64,000 nt of DNA from a virus (IMGVR_UViG_3300027715_000146:2569-66568); one strand, 5' to 3'. Counted from the stretch's first letter, positions 20,735 to 32,355 are shown. Translations and numbers: made by a program. Notes: generated from the sequence alone by a model not told the origin.

Positions 20735-23020
20735 ATGGCACAAACACCGCGGTTTTTACTGGATATTATACAGGACGGGCAGACAGGATGGGGAGACATC
20801 CTGAATACCAACCTGCTCATCATCGATGAGCATCTTGCCGGTCAGTTAAACGAGTTACAGGATGTATCTACTACCGGGAAACTCAACGGATCCGTGTTAC
20901 AATATTCAACCGGAACGAACAAATGGGCACCGGGGAACCCTACCCTGCTTGGTATCCAGACTCATGCCGGATTCCCGGATCTGGAGACTGACTCGCATAA
21001 AATATACCTGATGCATAACGGCTCTATCCCGATGTCCGGGGATCTCAATATGGCCGGTAACCGGATCACCAATATTCATGCTCCGGAATTACCAAATGAC
21101 CCGGCAACCAAACAGTATGTCGATACCGGTATCGGAGAGATTGCATGGATGCCACCGGTCAGATCAAAAGGCCTGCTCGATCCTACCGGAGTGACCGTGG
21201 CAAACGGCGACCGGTTTATCGTTGGATCGCCAACTCCGATCGGAGCATGGGCTGGTCACGCAAACGATATTGCGATTTATATCGAAGGTGAATGGTCGTT
21301 TATCGATCCAACCTCCGGAATGACCATGTGGGTCGATGCAGAGAGTAAATGGTATACGTACCATAATTCTGTCTGGAGAAACTACGAATTCTTCCTTGAT
21401 CATAACCAGATGATCAATGTATCCGATGCCAATGCTCACCCTCAGTACCTCAATACCGCCCGCCATGCGGATATGAACCTCCATATCCCCGGAGTGACGG
21501 TACCCTACCAGTCCATCTATACATTAGCTGGCACAAATATCATATCTCCGGCAGATACCCATATCCTTGTATACGACGCGGTGAATGAATACTGGAAGAA
21601 TGTCCCGGCTACCGCATTAGGGGCAAAACTCCATAGTGATCTCGATGCTACCAGCTGTGCAAATGCAAACTGCCACCCTCAGTATCTCACCGAAGATGAT
21701 CATACTGCTCTGCTTCACAGTTTTGTCAAACTAAATGACATGTCTGATGTGGACACGGTATCCAATCCACCGATTAACGGGAACATCCTCCAATATTACG
21801 ATCCTATCGGTAACGGTACAGGAACATGGGTAAACCGATCCATACCGGAACTCCATATCTCTCACCATGATCTGGTCAATATGGGAGACCCGTATGATGA
21901 TCACCTTCAGTATTACCACATCTCCGGCTCCCGGGAGATCATGGGAGATCTCGTTACCAAGAAAGATATCAAGTTCCGGTCAAATACTGCGTTAACTCTC
22001 TCATTCGTCCATTCCATCACCGGATCTGATAAACAGGTGCATTTCCCGAACCAGACCGGAATGGCGATGATCACCACGGCGGAAAACGAAAGCCAGATTG
22101 CTTCTGGATCGTTCCCCTACTGCAATACAAACGGTGCATGGGTACCGGTAGCCCCGCCATCCAACCTATCATCCAGTGAGATTTACTCCATCTGTTTAAA
22201 TACCACCAGTAAAGTACCGGAATGGCGATCTATCCCTACCTTCCCGACCGGAGGGGCAAAAGGCGATCTCATCATCAATAACGGATCCAAATGGGCTACA
22301 ATTGCAAGTCAAGTCGCAAACGGGTCGGTATTAACTTCGAACCTTACCGGAGATGTCCGGTGGAAGACGACTGCTGCCGACTTCGCCGCACTGGATTCCG
22401 TACTCACTACTCCGCCAACCGGAGATGAGATTCTTGCCGTATTCGACCCAGTTTCACAAACCTATAAACGAGTCACCCATAAAACCTTATTTAAGCGAAA
22501 ACGCACGATCATCCTTAATGCCGGGTCGGCACTGACGGATCTCGCTTCCGGAGGCGCAACGATGAAACTCCATTCCACCGGAGCCGGATCACCCAGTTAT
22601 TATTATGTTGAGTTTCAAAAGACATCCACTCCGGAACACTGTCAGTGGTTATTTACCATGCCTGAATCATGGGATGGGGGAGCGATCACGGCAAAAGCCT
22701 ACTGGAACTCTGGAGAAAACCGGCTGACCGGAGTGGTCAAATGGGGAGTGGTTGGTATCCGGATGGATGAGAGCAGTCAGATGGACTCTCAGTTCAAGAC
22801 ATCAATATCAACCTATATGAGTCAGCAGGTAACGAATGTCAATACTCATACGGTGCACATCACTCCGGAGATTGCGTTAAACGATATTACCGGAACATCC
22901 GGAAACCTGATGTGCTTATCTCTCACCCGGGGAGATACCTCGTCCGGTGATACCGTGTCACAGGCCATCCGATTCCTTCAACTGCGGTTAGAATATACCG
23001 TGAATCAGGCATCTGACTGA
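20735..23020 (+). CDS. Tail fibre protein with DUF2793-like domain
   Basis: GDRFIVG..P.GAWAGHANDIAIY..GEWSF; DPATKQYVD; repeated DH..L...D.HPQY motifs. Confidence 0.65.
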   Translation: MAQTPRFLLDIIQDGQTGWGDILNTNLLIIDEHLAGQLNELQDVSTTGKLNGSVLQYSTGTNKWAPGNPTLLGIQTHAGFPDLETDSHKIYLMHNGSIPMSGDLNMAGNRITNIHAPELPNDPATKQYVDTGIGEIAWMPPVRSKGLLDPTGVTVANGDRFIVGSPTPIGAWAGHANDIAIYIEGEWSFIDPTSGMTMWVDAESKWYTYHNSVWRNYEFFLDHNQMINVSDANAHPQYLNTARHADMNLHIPGVTVPYQSIYTLAGTNIISPADTHILVYDAVNEYWKNVPATALGAKLHSDLDATSCANANCHPQYLTEDDHTALLHSFVKLNDMSDVDTVSNPPINGNILQYYDPIGNGTGTWVNRSIPELHISHHDLVNMGDPYDDHLQYYHISGSREIMGDLVTKKDIKFRSNTALTLSFVHSITGSDKQVHFPNQTGMAMITTAENESQIASGSFPYCNTNGAWVPVAPPSNLSSSEIYSICLNTTSKVPEWRSIPTFPTGGAKGDLIINNGSKWATIASQVANGSVLTSNLTGDVRWKTTAADFAALDSVLTTPPTGDEILAVFDPVSQTYKRVTHKTLFKRKRTIILNAGSALTDLASGGATMKLHSTGAGSPSYYYVEFQKTSTPEHCQWLFTMPESWDGGAITAKAYWNSGENRLTGVVKWGVVGIRMDESSQMDSQFKTSISTYMSQQVTNVNTHTVHITPEIALNDITGTSGNLMCLSLTRGDTSSGDTVSQAIRFLQLRLEYTVNQASD

Positions 23021-23022
23021 TC

Positions 23023-26000
23023 ATGGCATACAAATACCGCCTTATTATAAAGAACCGGGCAAATAATCTCACCAGTTACCCACCGGCATCCGTATATGCA
23101 GAAACTCTTAAGGTAACCGTAGTCGATCCGAATAATAACCCGCTGATCAGTCTGGTAGAACTCACAAAGACGGGTCAGATATCTATCTCCGGATCCGGGA
23201 ATACCCCGGCTTTTGATATCACCGTCACGGTGCGACCATCCCTCGATGCGGACATTCCTGCATATCCGAACCAGACGACTACCGTGATATCGGTATCCGG
23301 GCTCACGGATAATGCAACCATGGATCTTGGCACCCGGTATGTCGGATGCCACCGGAACCTGAGGAAAGTCTTACTCAAGTCAACGAATGAGTCGTCCTTA
23401 CCAACCGGATTTACTCCGGATGACTGGTTTTCCATCGTCTATAAACCAATCGCATCCAGCCAGTATATTCCAGTCCCTACCGCGTATCAGCGACAATACG
23501 CGACTGATGTCAAACGGATAGAACTCGATGTGGACTATACCGGCGGTACCTTATATGTGGTACCAAATGCCCCATTTGAAAGTATTATCAAGTATTCATT
23601 AACCACTATCGATGAACTCGTCTGCTCTGACATGGTATCGGTGCAACCGATTGCAGTCACCGATACGGACATTGATGATCTTACCTATGACATCTGCGGA
23701 TTTGTCTTTCCCGAACAGATGGACATCCCTGCACTCCGGGTAGATCTCGCCTTTTATACCCAGACGTTAGGGACGACCACTACCCAGTTATACCGGACTT
23801 ATGCCGATATCGCTACCGTAGTAGGAGATTCCATCGGCTTCTTCTTTAATCGGAATATTGATACCGGGCAGAATAAACTCGTTACTGATGCAAGCAAAGC
23901 GATCGTCACCTCTAATGACGGATCCTGCTTTGATCTCTCCGTATCCATCGCTACCCTCCTCACCCGGTATACCTCTCACGCTACTCATACCGGTGCTCAT
24001 TATTTCTCATCCTGTATCAATGGGAGTATCATCGCCGGAGATTATCTATCCCCGGTCGTATCCACCGAGACAGGAACCCTCACTCCGAACGATTGCAGCA
24101 TTGAATCAATTGTCGTTCAGCTCACCGGAAGAGGGGAAGTGATCACTAAACAGGTAACTAACCCATCCACATTCACCGTCCCGTATGCGGTCGGATATGC
24201 CTGCTCCGGAACCATCACCATTGATGCCGGAGCATCTGCCTATTGGTGTTACCCATCAAAAACCTTCAACTGGGGGACGATCACCGGCCCGGTTACCGCT
24301 GCAATGGGGTATAATGCCTGTCAGTTTGAGTTTACCCTCGCATACCCACCGGGTAGCGTATCAGTAAAACCCGATGGAGACGTAGCATTCTCTCTTTCCA
24401 GTAATACCCCGACGGTAAAAGTCTATCCGTCTGACACGAATATTACCAAATCATTCCAGTTTACCTCTGACGGGTATGCTCCGGTAACAAAATCTCTTAC
24501 CGCGGTATCATCGAATCTGAAGTCTGTAAGAACTGCTCATACTATCCAGATGTCCGGTACCAGTGCAACCTATAAAATCCAGTTTTACTCCAAGTTCTCC
24601 GGCTCTACCGTTACCGATATCCCGATATACGGTGGGTTATTATCCCCCTCTTCCTATGTCGGGGAGACGGATTGTTCCATCGACGTTCTGGCAAATAATA
24701 ACTTTTACTGGACCGCTACTCCGGATATGGGGTATAGCACCTATCCGGTATGCCATGATCGGGGAATGGTCACCGGATCTCCGCAAAATACTACGGTGCA
24801 GATCGTCGCTCAGCTCTTCGAGGAGGGGAAGGTCGGTCTTACCTGCGGAGTAGATGGAGCAGCAATATCCATCATTGATCTCACTTCAAACATTGAGAAA
24901 TCCACCGGGTTATACACCTCCTCGTCAGAAGAGATCTTCATCTATCCAGCAACCTATTTCGGGACCGGTCGATCGTATTATTCCGACCCGCCGGTAGTGT
25001 ATGAGATCAAAGTTACCCATCCGGAGAAGAATGATTTCGTCACCACGGTATCGGTAAAGCCAAATACTACTCAGCACGTTACCGTCACCTTCCTGTCAGG
25101 GAGCGGGAACGTCACCTTCATCGTGAGTAAATCCACGTCCCCGGACTTCACATCAGATCGGGCAGCAACGATTTACATTGATGGAGAGTCCTATGCAGCG
25201 AACGCATCTACGGGAATCTGCTCCATCTCCAACCTTGCTACCGGCGGCCATTCCTATCAGATCACTTCAGGCCCGGCAACCTTTCCATCAGTTGGACAGG
25301 TTGAGTTTGAGACCGTAGAAGGCACGCTGGTCGTGGAGAAAGGAAAGAGTCAGAATATCCCCGTAACATTAAAATACACCGGATATGTCAAGTTCATCAA
25401 CAGTCTTGGTATGACTGTCACGGCATCCCTGAATGGGGAATCATTAGGTTCGACGTTCCCGATGTATAAGCTGAACATAATATCCGGATCTTATGGATGG
25501 ACATACCTGTCATCAGGAAAGCAGGTTGGATCCGGCACGGTGACGATAGAACCGGGTGTTCGTTCAGTCGTTGATCCCGGCGCATCTGGCGTGAAGGTGA
25601 TTCTCACCCTTCCGTTCTCTGAAGATTTTAATGTGACCGGAACCGCAAATATCTTTATTGATGGAGAGTTGAAGGGATCTACCGATGCAACCGGAGTCGG
25701 GACTGTAACGGGGTTATCCAGCGGCGTCCATACCTATAAGATTGAAAAACCACCACTCCAGTTTGGTGAGTATGGACAAGTGATGTTTTACTCGAAATCA
25801 GGGACATTCACCGCTGAACTCGGAAAGATTGTACAGATCACTGATACACTGGAATATCTGGGATATGTGAAAGTCGTCACAAAACCCCAATCCGGATATT
25901 ATATCACCTTTAACAAATCTCAAACCGATAAACGCACCCCATGGTATATATTAAACGTCGATCCCGGGGAATGGTCATACAGTCTGCATACACAGGATGA

Positions 26001-26580
26001 GTATAAGTACGTCCTGTATACCGGATCAGTAAAAGTATCCCGGAATGCGAAGTCATTAGTGGATGTGGAAACCCCGTCATCCCCGGTGTTACCATTTGGG
26101 AAGTTTTTATTAAAATCAGTTCCCGGCGATGCGAAAGTATCTCTGGATCCAGTGCATAATAATGGAATAGCAACACTCATTGGATCTACTCCGTCTGAAT
26201 ATCAGGCAGGGTATGGGACGGTATACTTCCTGTTTCAAAAAGACGGATACCGGGATCAGGTCGTGTCCGGAACCCGGTTAGTCAATGCCGATACCTCCGT
26301 CACCTGCTCATTTGAAGCATCATACGGTACCTTACAGGTTACATCAGAACCATCCGGAGCAGAAGTATATATCGACGGGATAAAGAAAGGGTTAACTCCT
26401 TATACCAGTAACAGCGTCCCTACCGGCTCCCGGAAGATCGTGTTAAAGCGGATGAACTATGCAAACACCTCAGATACGGTCAGGATAGAATACCAGCAGA
26501 CGGTAACGAAAACCTACGTAATGAAACTACAGGATCCCAGACGAGGAAACATCCAGACGTCGGATACGATGATGTTTTAG
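23023..26580 (+). CDS. Large Ig-like / PEGA-domain virion protein
   Basis: C-terminal GTLQVTSEPSGAEVYIDG..KGLTP PEGA motif plus several degenerate copies. Confidence 0.7.
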   Translation: MAYKYRLIIKNRANNLTSYPPASVYAETLKVTVVDPNNNPLISLVELTKTGQISISGSGNTPAFDITVTVRPSLDADIPAYPNQTTTVISVSGLTDNATMDLGTRYVGCHRNLRKVLLKSTNESSLPTGFTPDDWFSIVYKPIASSQYIPVPTAYQRQYATDVKRIELDVDYTGGTLYVVPNAPFESIIKYSLTTIDELVCSDMVSVQPIAVTDTDIDDLTYDICGFVFPEQMDIPALRVDLAFYTQTLGTTTTQLYRTYADIATVVGDSIGFFFNRNIDTGQNKLVTDASKAIVTSNDGSCFDLSVSIATLLTRYTSHATHTGAHYFSSCINGSIIAGDYLSPVVSTETGTLTPNDCSIESIVVQLTGRGEVITKQVTNPSTFTVPYAVGYACSGTITIDAGASAYWCYPSKTFNWGTITGPVTAAMGYNACQFEFTLAYPPGSVSVKPDGDVAFSLSSNTPTVKVYPSDTNITKSFQFTSDGYAPVTKSLTAVSSNLKSVRTAHTIQMSGTSATYKIQFYSKFSGSTVTDIPIYGGLLSPSSYVGETDCSIDVLANNNFYWTATPDMGYSTYPVCHDRGMVTGSPQNTTVQIVAQLFEEGKVGLTCGVDGAAISIIDLTSNIEKSTGLYTSSSEEIFIYPATYFGTGRSYYSDPPVVYEIKVTHPEKNDFVTTVSVKPNTTQHVTVTFLSGSGNVTFIVSKSTSPDFTSDRAATIYIDGESYAANASTGICSISNLATGGHSYQITSGPATFPSVGQVEFETVEGTLVVEKGKSQNIPVTLKYTGYVKFINSLGMTVTASLNGESLGSTFPMYKLNIISGSYGWTYLSSGKQVGSGTVTIEPGVRSVVDPGASGVKVILTLPFSEDFNVTGTANIFIDGELKGSTDATGVGTVTGLSSGVHTYKIEKPPLQFGEYGQVMFYSKSGTFTAELGKIVQITDTLEYLGYVKVVTKPQSGYYITFNKSQTDKRTPWYILNVDPGEWSYSLHTQDEYKYVLYTGSVKVSRNAKSLVDVETPSSPVLPFGKFLLKSVPGDAKVSLDPVHNNGIATLIGSTPSEYQAGYGTVYFLFQKDGYRDQVVSGTRLVNADTSVTCSFEASYGTLQVTSEPSGAEVYIDGIKKGLTPYTSNSVPTGSRKIVLKRMNYANTSDTVRIEYQQTVTKTYVMKLQDPRRGNIQTSDTMMF

Positions 26581-26589
26581 GAGAGAACC

Positions 26590-28845
26590 ATGGTAGAACT
26601 ACACACCTATTTACAATCACATGGATGTATCCGTCATTATGATTGGTTTATCTGTGGATCCAGTGTCATCGTCGGCGGGTATCACGATCAGGCGTTCGCT
26701 GTAAACAATATGGACGGGTCATGGATCCGGGTAAAACGGTTAGGGGTAGCGGACGTATTTCCGTCTATTGTCACCGATGCGGATCTCACGAAAAAGCCTA
26801 CGGTAAATATGATCGATGCCCGATCTGCACAGGCAGAGACCGTAATCCCGAACTACTGTATCTTGTCCGAAGATTCACCGTATGTACAACGGGAGAATAA
26901 ACCCCGGTCATTCATTGTATGGGTGAAAGAGAATGAGTGGTGGAGTGAAACCCTTCCAAAACCTGACTCCTATATATTCTCGTATGGAGATTTATTTCAG
27001 GATACCGATATATTAAATGGGATAGATTGTCGGTGTTTTGGATTATTTGTCACGTCAGATGGTGGAAACTCGGTATCATCCCGAAGGGTAGGTGTCCGGC
27101 TGGAAAAGAACGTGAAGATCCTGTCAGATCTCTACTATGATACCCGAAAGTGGAAGATGTTTTCTGTCGTATACGATCCGGGTCTGGCTCAATTATCAGT
27201 ATACATGAATGATATCGCTATCATCAAGAATTATGATATCACCTCATTTAACGCCATCGATCCGGTAGACCCGAACCAGACTATATCAGTACCGCTATCG
27301 ATCAACACTTCGTCAACGTATCCGCTCATCATCGGTGGAAGACCCGGAGCATGTCAGTTATGCGAGTTTGACGGGTGGATCGGAGACTTCATGGCGTTTG
27401 ATCGGGCATTAACCTATGATGAGATCTGTGATATTTACTCTCTCACGATTCGGTATGAACCCGCTCAGGATGCCCGGTTAGTCTATGCAAACTTCCATGG
27501 TACACCCCGGTTTGCTGATGGAGACACCGAGGTGCAGTTCTACAACGACTCCTATGGGACAATCTACTCATATACATGGAATTTCGGTGACGGGTATACC
27601 TCATCGCTGAAAAACCCGTCTCATGAGTTTAAATCTCCCGGAAACTATACCGTAAGTCTGAAAGTCGTCGGTGAGTTGAATGAGCATACGGAAACGAAGA
27701 ATAATTACGTGGTATTATCAAATAACCCACCTATCCTGTTTGCATTCGATCCACTGACTAAGACCTGCATCGAAGGAGAATTATTTACGGTCGATCTGTA
27801 TATCGAATCAGCCGCATCAGGAATCGGGGCATTTGACCTGATGTTCCGGATCTCCCCATCGTGTCTTCGCATTCATTCCGCTACTCCGGTATATATGAAC
27901 CCCGGTGATAATGTGCAAACCATGGTATATGTGGTGAATGAGGCCGAAGGATTATACAAATTCGTATGGCGGGATTATTACCGGGACTCAAACGGAGTCG
28001 TTACCAATCATTTAAGCGGAAATATCCTGAACCGAAAGATTCTGTCATTATCAATGATGGGGTACCGGTCAGCCGACTCCTACACCATGGACTTCCACCC
28101 GTCATCCCGGGTAACCAATGATGCCGGTATTGATTATTCCGTGCAGTTAGAGCATCCACATACCGGCGTAGTGATGGATTCCCCGACATCAGTCAGTGCT
28201 CAGTTTATCGCTTCCCCGGTAACCGGCGCACCTCCGCTCGCCGTAACCTTTACCAACCAGTCAGCCGGTTCTCCGGATACCTTTGCATGGACGTTCGGTG
28301 ATGAGTCAACGTCAACCGAACCAAACCCGGTACATACTTATACGGAAGTAGGGAACTATACCGTCAGTCTGAAAGTCACTAAAGGCGGTATCGAGGATGA
28401 GAAGATGAAGACGTATTATATCAAAGTCGTCGATGGAGTAACCATCCAGATCATCTTTGATGCAACCACGATCCAGAATGGATCCCCTATCGGAATGACG
28501 GTATCACTGGTAGAGGCGAAGAAAGGGATATCAGGGTTTGAATTCGTATGCAAGTTCTCCAATGTATCGATGTGTGAGATATTTGACTGCCAGTTCCCCG
28601 ACTATTTCCAGACGCATACGATGAACGTATTACCCACCGGGGAGTATAGTATATCAGCAGCGAATATCGACGAATCCTTAACCGGGTTCCAGCAGGATGT
28701 GCAGTTATTCCAGTGTTCTATCCTCACCTACCAGACCGGGAAATGCAATCTCACGGTATCGGTGATGAACACCTCTGTCGATGACACTGAAGGAAGCACG
28801 TATGTCACGAATCCAATAGACACAATTCCTCTAACGATAACATGA
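26590..28845 (+). CDS. LamG + PKD + cohesin-like + PKD + cohesin-like protein
   Basis: Two PKD motifs (YTWNFGDG.TS..KNPSH..PGNYTVSL; FAWTFGDE..STEPNPVH). Each is followed by a segment resembling cohesin (FTVDLYI...GIGAFDL; GISGFEF). Confidence 0.65.
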   Translation: MVELHTYLQSHGCIRHYDWFICGSSVIVGGYHDQAFAVNNMDGSWIRVKRLGVADVFPSIVTDADLTKKPTVNMIDARSAQAETVIPNYCILSEDSPYVQRENKPRSFIVWVKENEWWSETLPKPDSYIFSYGDLFQDTDILNGIDCRCFGLFVTSDGGNSVSSRRVGVRLEKNVKILSDLYYDTRKWKMFSVVYDPGLAQLSVYMNDIAIIKNYDITSFNAIDPVDPNQTISVPLSINTSSTYPLIIGGRPGACQLCEFDGWIGDFMAFDRALTYDEICDIYSLTIRYEPAQDARLVYANFHGTPRFADGDTEVQFYNDSYGTIYSYTWNFGDGYTSSLKNPSHEFKSPGNYTVSLKVVGELNEHTETKNNYVVLSNNPPILFAFDPLTKTCIEGELFTVDLYIESAASGIGAFDLMFRISPSCLRIHSATPVYMNPGDNVQTMVYVVNEAEGLYKFVWRDYYRDSNGVVTNHLSGNILNRKILSLSMMGYRSADSYTMDFHPSSRVTNDAGIDYSVQLEHPHTGVVMDSPTSVSAQFIASPVTGAPPLAVTFTNQSAGSPDTFAWTFGDESTSTEPNPVHTYTEVGNYTVSLKVTKGGIEDEKMKTYYIKVVDGVTIQIIFDATTIQNGSPIGMTVSLVEAKKGISGFEFVCKFSNVSMCEIFDCQFPDYFQTHTMNVLPTGEYSISAANIDESLTGFQQDVQLFQCSILTYQTGKCNLTVSVMNTSVDDTEGSTYVTNPIDTIPLTIT

Positions 28846-28976
28846 AAATAGAGTTATATTGCCTTCATTGTGGTCATGAAATGCAGGTAAGAACCCGGAT
28901 GTATTTCCTCCATTGGATCACCAGTCCCTATTTTAAATGTCCGATCTGTGACCATATCGCCATTAGGCGATTTTAA
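28842..28976 (+). CDS. 44-aa zinc-ribbon protein
   Basis: CLHC...CPIC; ATGA overlap with the upstream stop. Confidence 0.55.
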   Translation: MKIELYCLHCGHEMQVRTRMYFLHWITSPYFKCPICDHIAIRRF

Positions 28977-29016
28977 TTTATATAGTTTTCTATTCTATAG
29001 CTAACCCGGTGCCGGG

Positions 29017-32000
29017 ATGAAAACATTTAACACATTTATTGATCGGATTCGGATCAGTGACTGGGTAAACGAAATACAGGCTGAATTACTTGGCAGGGTC
29101 TATGATAAGGTAGATCTCCAGACACCCGGTCAGGCCGAAGTCCACTGGTCAAATATTACCAATAAACCATCCGGTGAATTATCAGGGGATGTATATGGTC
29201 CTGAATCGGCAAATGTCGGGGAAGTAGCGGTATTTAACGGAATAGACGGAAAGACGTTAAAACCAGTACCGGTATCCATATCCGATGAAGGCGGTATCGA
29301 TATCCCACTTGGTGAAACCTATAATATCAACGGGGAACCGCATACCCATACCGGGTTTGAACCTGCATTCACCAAGAACACTGCATTCAACAAAGATTTC
29401 GGAGTCGATGGCGGCACAATCTGTGAAGGCAACGACTCCCGTATCCATGTGCATGACAATAGTAATGTACTGAACGGGTTTGGCGTTGATATTAACTCCA
29501 AACTCCTCTATTACGGAGAACCGGTAAAGGTTGAGCAACAGGAGATAAAACCCGCCGGTTATAATGGATATATCCAGATTAATGATAACGGGAAACTTGG
29601 CGGTATTCAACCCCGGTCTGGATTCAATAAGGATTTTGGCACATCATCCGGTACGATTGCTACCGGAGATCATGTACATATTGGCATATACGAACCGGTG
29701 ATTCTGAAGAACACCGCATTTAACAAAGATTTCGGATCCACCGCCGGAACGATTACTGAGGGGAATGACTCCCGTCTTCACACCCATGACAACGGTAATG
29801 TACTTACCTTACTGGCTGATGAAAACGGCCATCTGAAATATAACGGGGTTCTCCTCGCCTCCGGGACAGGAGATGTCTCCGGACCGGCATCATCTACCAT
29901 AAACCATGTGGCGGTGTATGGAGATCCCACCGGGAAACTCCTGAAAGATGGAGGAGCGTTAGGTCCGGCAGCATTCGCTCCATTCGGCACCGCATCCGGC
30001 TCGATCACGGAAGGGAATGATCCCCGGTTATCCGATGCCCGGTCGCCTCTATCTCACGGGAACGAAAGCCATACCGAGAACTACCTCACGGTCAATGATG
30101 TCACCTTCTCTCTACTCAGCTCAAACAATCTGGTAGGTACCGGGGCAACCCAGATCGCCTCCGGGAACCATACCCACGCTCCGGATCACGTGCATACCAA
30201 TGCGAACATACTGGCAAAGATCCCGAGTGACACCACTGCAGCCACCGGACAGGTCATTACCCGGTTAGCAAACGGATCTCTTGGCTGGATGGACGTTCCG
30301 GTTGCAGGAGCGGCCGTTACCGGTCCTGCTGCAAGTGTAATAAACCATATTGCGCTATATGCAGACGCTACCGGAAAACTCCTGAAAGATGGAGGAGCAT
30401 TAGGATCCGCCGCATTCATGAACCCGGGAACTACATCGGAAGATGTTGCTGCCGGAGATCACACCCATACTCAGCTACATACCCATGCAAACAGTGACGT
30501 CATCGGTCAGTTTGGAGAGACTGATGGGAATCTCACCTATCGGGGATTACAGATCACGGGTGCTTCCGGAGATGTCACCTTACAGAACCCTACCGGAGTA
30601 TCCGGGGATATTCAGATCAATGATAATGGGCATTGGGGAGCAGTCACCCCGAAATCCGGGTTCAACCGGGCAGTAGGTACCACATCAGGCACCCTTGCCG
30701 CCGGAGATGATTATCGGTTCCATGTACACTCAAACGGTACCATCATCAACAAACTCACCGACATGGACGGGTATCTTGCATATAATGGTGTTCAGCTGGT
30801 AGACATGAACTCCTCCGGTGATGTCACCGGTCCGGTCGCATCCACTCCCGGTCATATCGCTGTATATACCGATACGTCAGGCAAGAAGATCCATGACGGA
30901 GGAATGCTGGGTGAAGCCGCATTCCGGAATATCGGATCCGTAGTTGATACCGTCTGTTCCGGTGATGACTCACGGCTATCAGACGCGAGAACTCCGTTAA
31001 CTCATGGGGATGAAGCACACTCGAAAAACTATCTGGATATCAATGACATCACGTTCGAAAACCTGAAGGCGAATAATGCCGTAGGAGATCGATCGAATCA
31101 GGTAGCCTATGGAAACCATGGTCACAACCAGCTGCATACTCATGCAAACATGTCTACACTGATCAGTATCCCTGATCAGTCTACGGCGCTGGAAGGACAG
31201 GTATTATCAAAAACGTCACTGGGACTTGAATGGAGAGATTTGTCCGGAGTAGAGGGAGATGTCCACGGTCCAGAAGTTGCACCGATCAATGCCGTTGCCT
31301 TATTCGAGGACGATACCGGGAAGCGGATCAAGTCCGGAGGAGTGTTAGGTTCGGCTGCATGGAGAAATGTAGGTGGGGATGCAAATCAGGTTGCGCCCGG
31401 GAACCACGGACATGCCGGAGTATATGAACCGGTATTCACCAAGAACCCTGCCTTCAATAAATACTTCGGAACGATATCCGGAACTGTCTGTGAAGGGAAC
31501 GACTCCCGTATCCATGTACATACCAACGCTTCAGCGATTAATGCCCTGACTGATGTGGATGGACATCTTGCATACAACGGTATCGTTCTGCAAGAGACCG
31601 GTCAGGGATCCGGAGACGTCATCGGACCGGCTGACTCTACCATCAACCATGTCGCGTTATTCGCTGACCCATCCGGGAAAGTAATCAAGGATGGAGGAGC
31701 GTTAGGATCCGCCGCATTTATGAATACCGGCGCTACGGCAGATTCCGTCTGTATTGGGAACGATGCCCGGTTATACAACTCCCGTACCCCATTAGCACAC
31801 GGGAATGAAAAACACAATGTTCCATTTGCCACGACTTCCGATATTACGTTTTACCATTTGAACCTGAATGGATCCGTAGGGAACAGTAAGACACAGGTAT
31901 CCAGAGGAGATCATACCCATCCCAATGAACTCCCTGATTATAGCTCTGAAACGGTCGGAATGGTACTGGGATGCACCTCATCTGATCAACTGGGGTGGAT

Positions 32001-32355
32001 CTCTACAAGTTCAATGGGGAATGTATACGGACCGGTATCATCTGTGCAGGGAGCAGTCGCCCTCTTTGCATCCGATAATGGAAAGTTACTGAAACAGGGT
32101 GGGATACTGGGTGAGGCAGCATACCGGAACATTGGTACCGTAGCCAACTCCGTATGCGCCGGCGATGACACCCGACTGTCCAATGCCCGGACACCACTTG
32201 CTCATATGCATGCTGTGGCTACCACTGCATCAGCCGGATTCTGTCCAAAGCTTACAGACGACTACGGGAAGTTCCTCAGGAACGACGGGACGTGGGATTA
32301 CCCTACCGTCGGCTCTGTGGACATCATCGATGGGGGAGAAATACTCCTCTTATAA
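29017..32355 (+). CDS. Repetitive HxH-rich tail fibre protein
   Basis: Repeats of GDV.GP.SS..NH.A.Y.D..GK..KDGG.LG.AAF, AFNKDFG and GND.R; about 15 HxH motifs. Confidence 0.7.
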   Translation: MKTFNTFIDRIRISDWVNEIQAELLGRVYDKVDLQTPGQAEVHWSNITNKPSGELSGDVYGPESANVGEVAVFNGIDGKTLKPVPVSISDEGGIDIPLGETYNINGEPHTHTGFEPAFTKNTAFNKDFGVDGGTICEGNDSRIHVHDNSNVLNGFGVDINSKLLYYGEPVKVEQQEIKPAGYNGYIQINDNGKLGGIQPRSGFNKDFGTSSGTIATGDHVHIGIYEPVILKNTAFNKDFGSTAGTITEGNDSRLHTHDNGNVLTLLADENGHLKYNGVLLASGTGDVSGPASSTINHVAVYGDPTGKLLKDGGALGPAAFAPFGTASGSITEGNDPRLSDARSPLSHGNESHTENYLTVNDVTFSLLSSNNLVGTGATQIASGNHTHAPDHVHTNANILAKIPSDTTAATGQVITRLANGSLGWMDVPVAGAAVTGPAASVINHIALYADATGKLLKDGGALGSAAFMNPGTTSEDVAAGDHTHTQLHTHANSDVIGQFGETDGNLTYRGLQITGASGDVTLQNPTGVSGDIQINDNGHWGAVTPKSGFNRAVGTTSGTLAAGDDYRFHVHSNGTIINKLTDMDGYLAYNGVQLVDMNSSGDVTGPVASTPGHIAVYTDTSGKKIHDGGMLGEAAFRNIGSVVDTVCSGDDSRLSDARTPLTHGDEAHSKNYLDINDITFENLKANNAVGDRSNQVAYGNHGHNQLHTHANMSTLISIPDQSTALEGQVLSKTSLGLEWRDLSGVEGDVHGPEVAPINAVALFEDDTGKRIKSGGVLGSAAWRNVGGDANQVAPGNHGHAGVYEPVFTKNPAFNKYFGTISGTVCEGNDSRIHVHTNASAINALTDVDGHLAYNGIVLQETGQGSGDVIGPADSTINHVALFADPSGKVIKDGGALGSAAFMNTGATADSVCIGNDARLYNSRTPLAHGNEKHNVPFATTSDITFYHLNLNGSVGNSKTQVSRGDHTHPNELPDYSSETVGMVLGCTSSDQLGWISTSSMGNVYGPVSSVQGAVALFASDNGKLLKQGGILGEAAYRNIGTVANSVCAGDDTRLSNARTPLAHMHAVATTASAGFCPKLTDDYGKFLRNDGTWDYPTVGSVDIIDGGEILLL

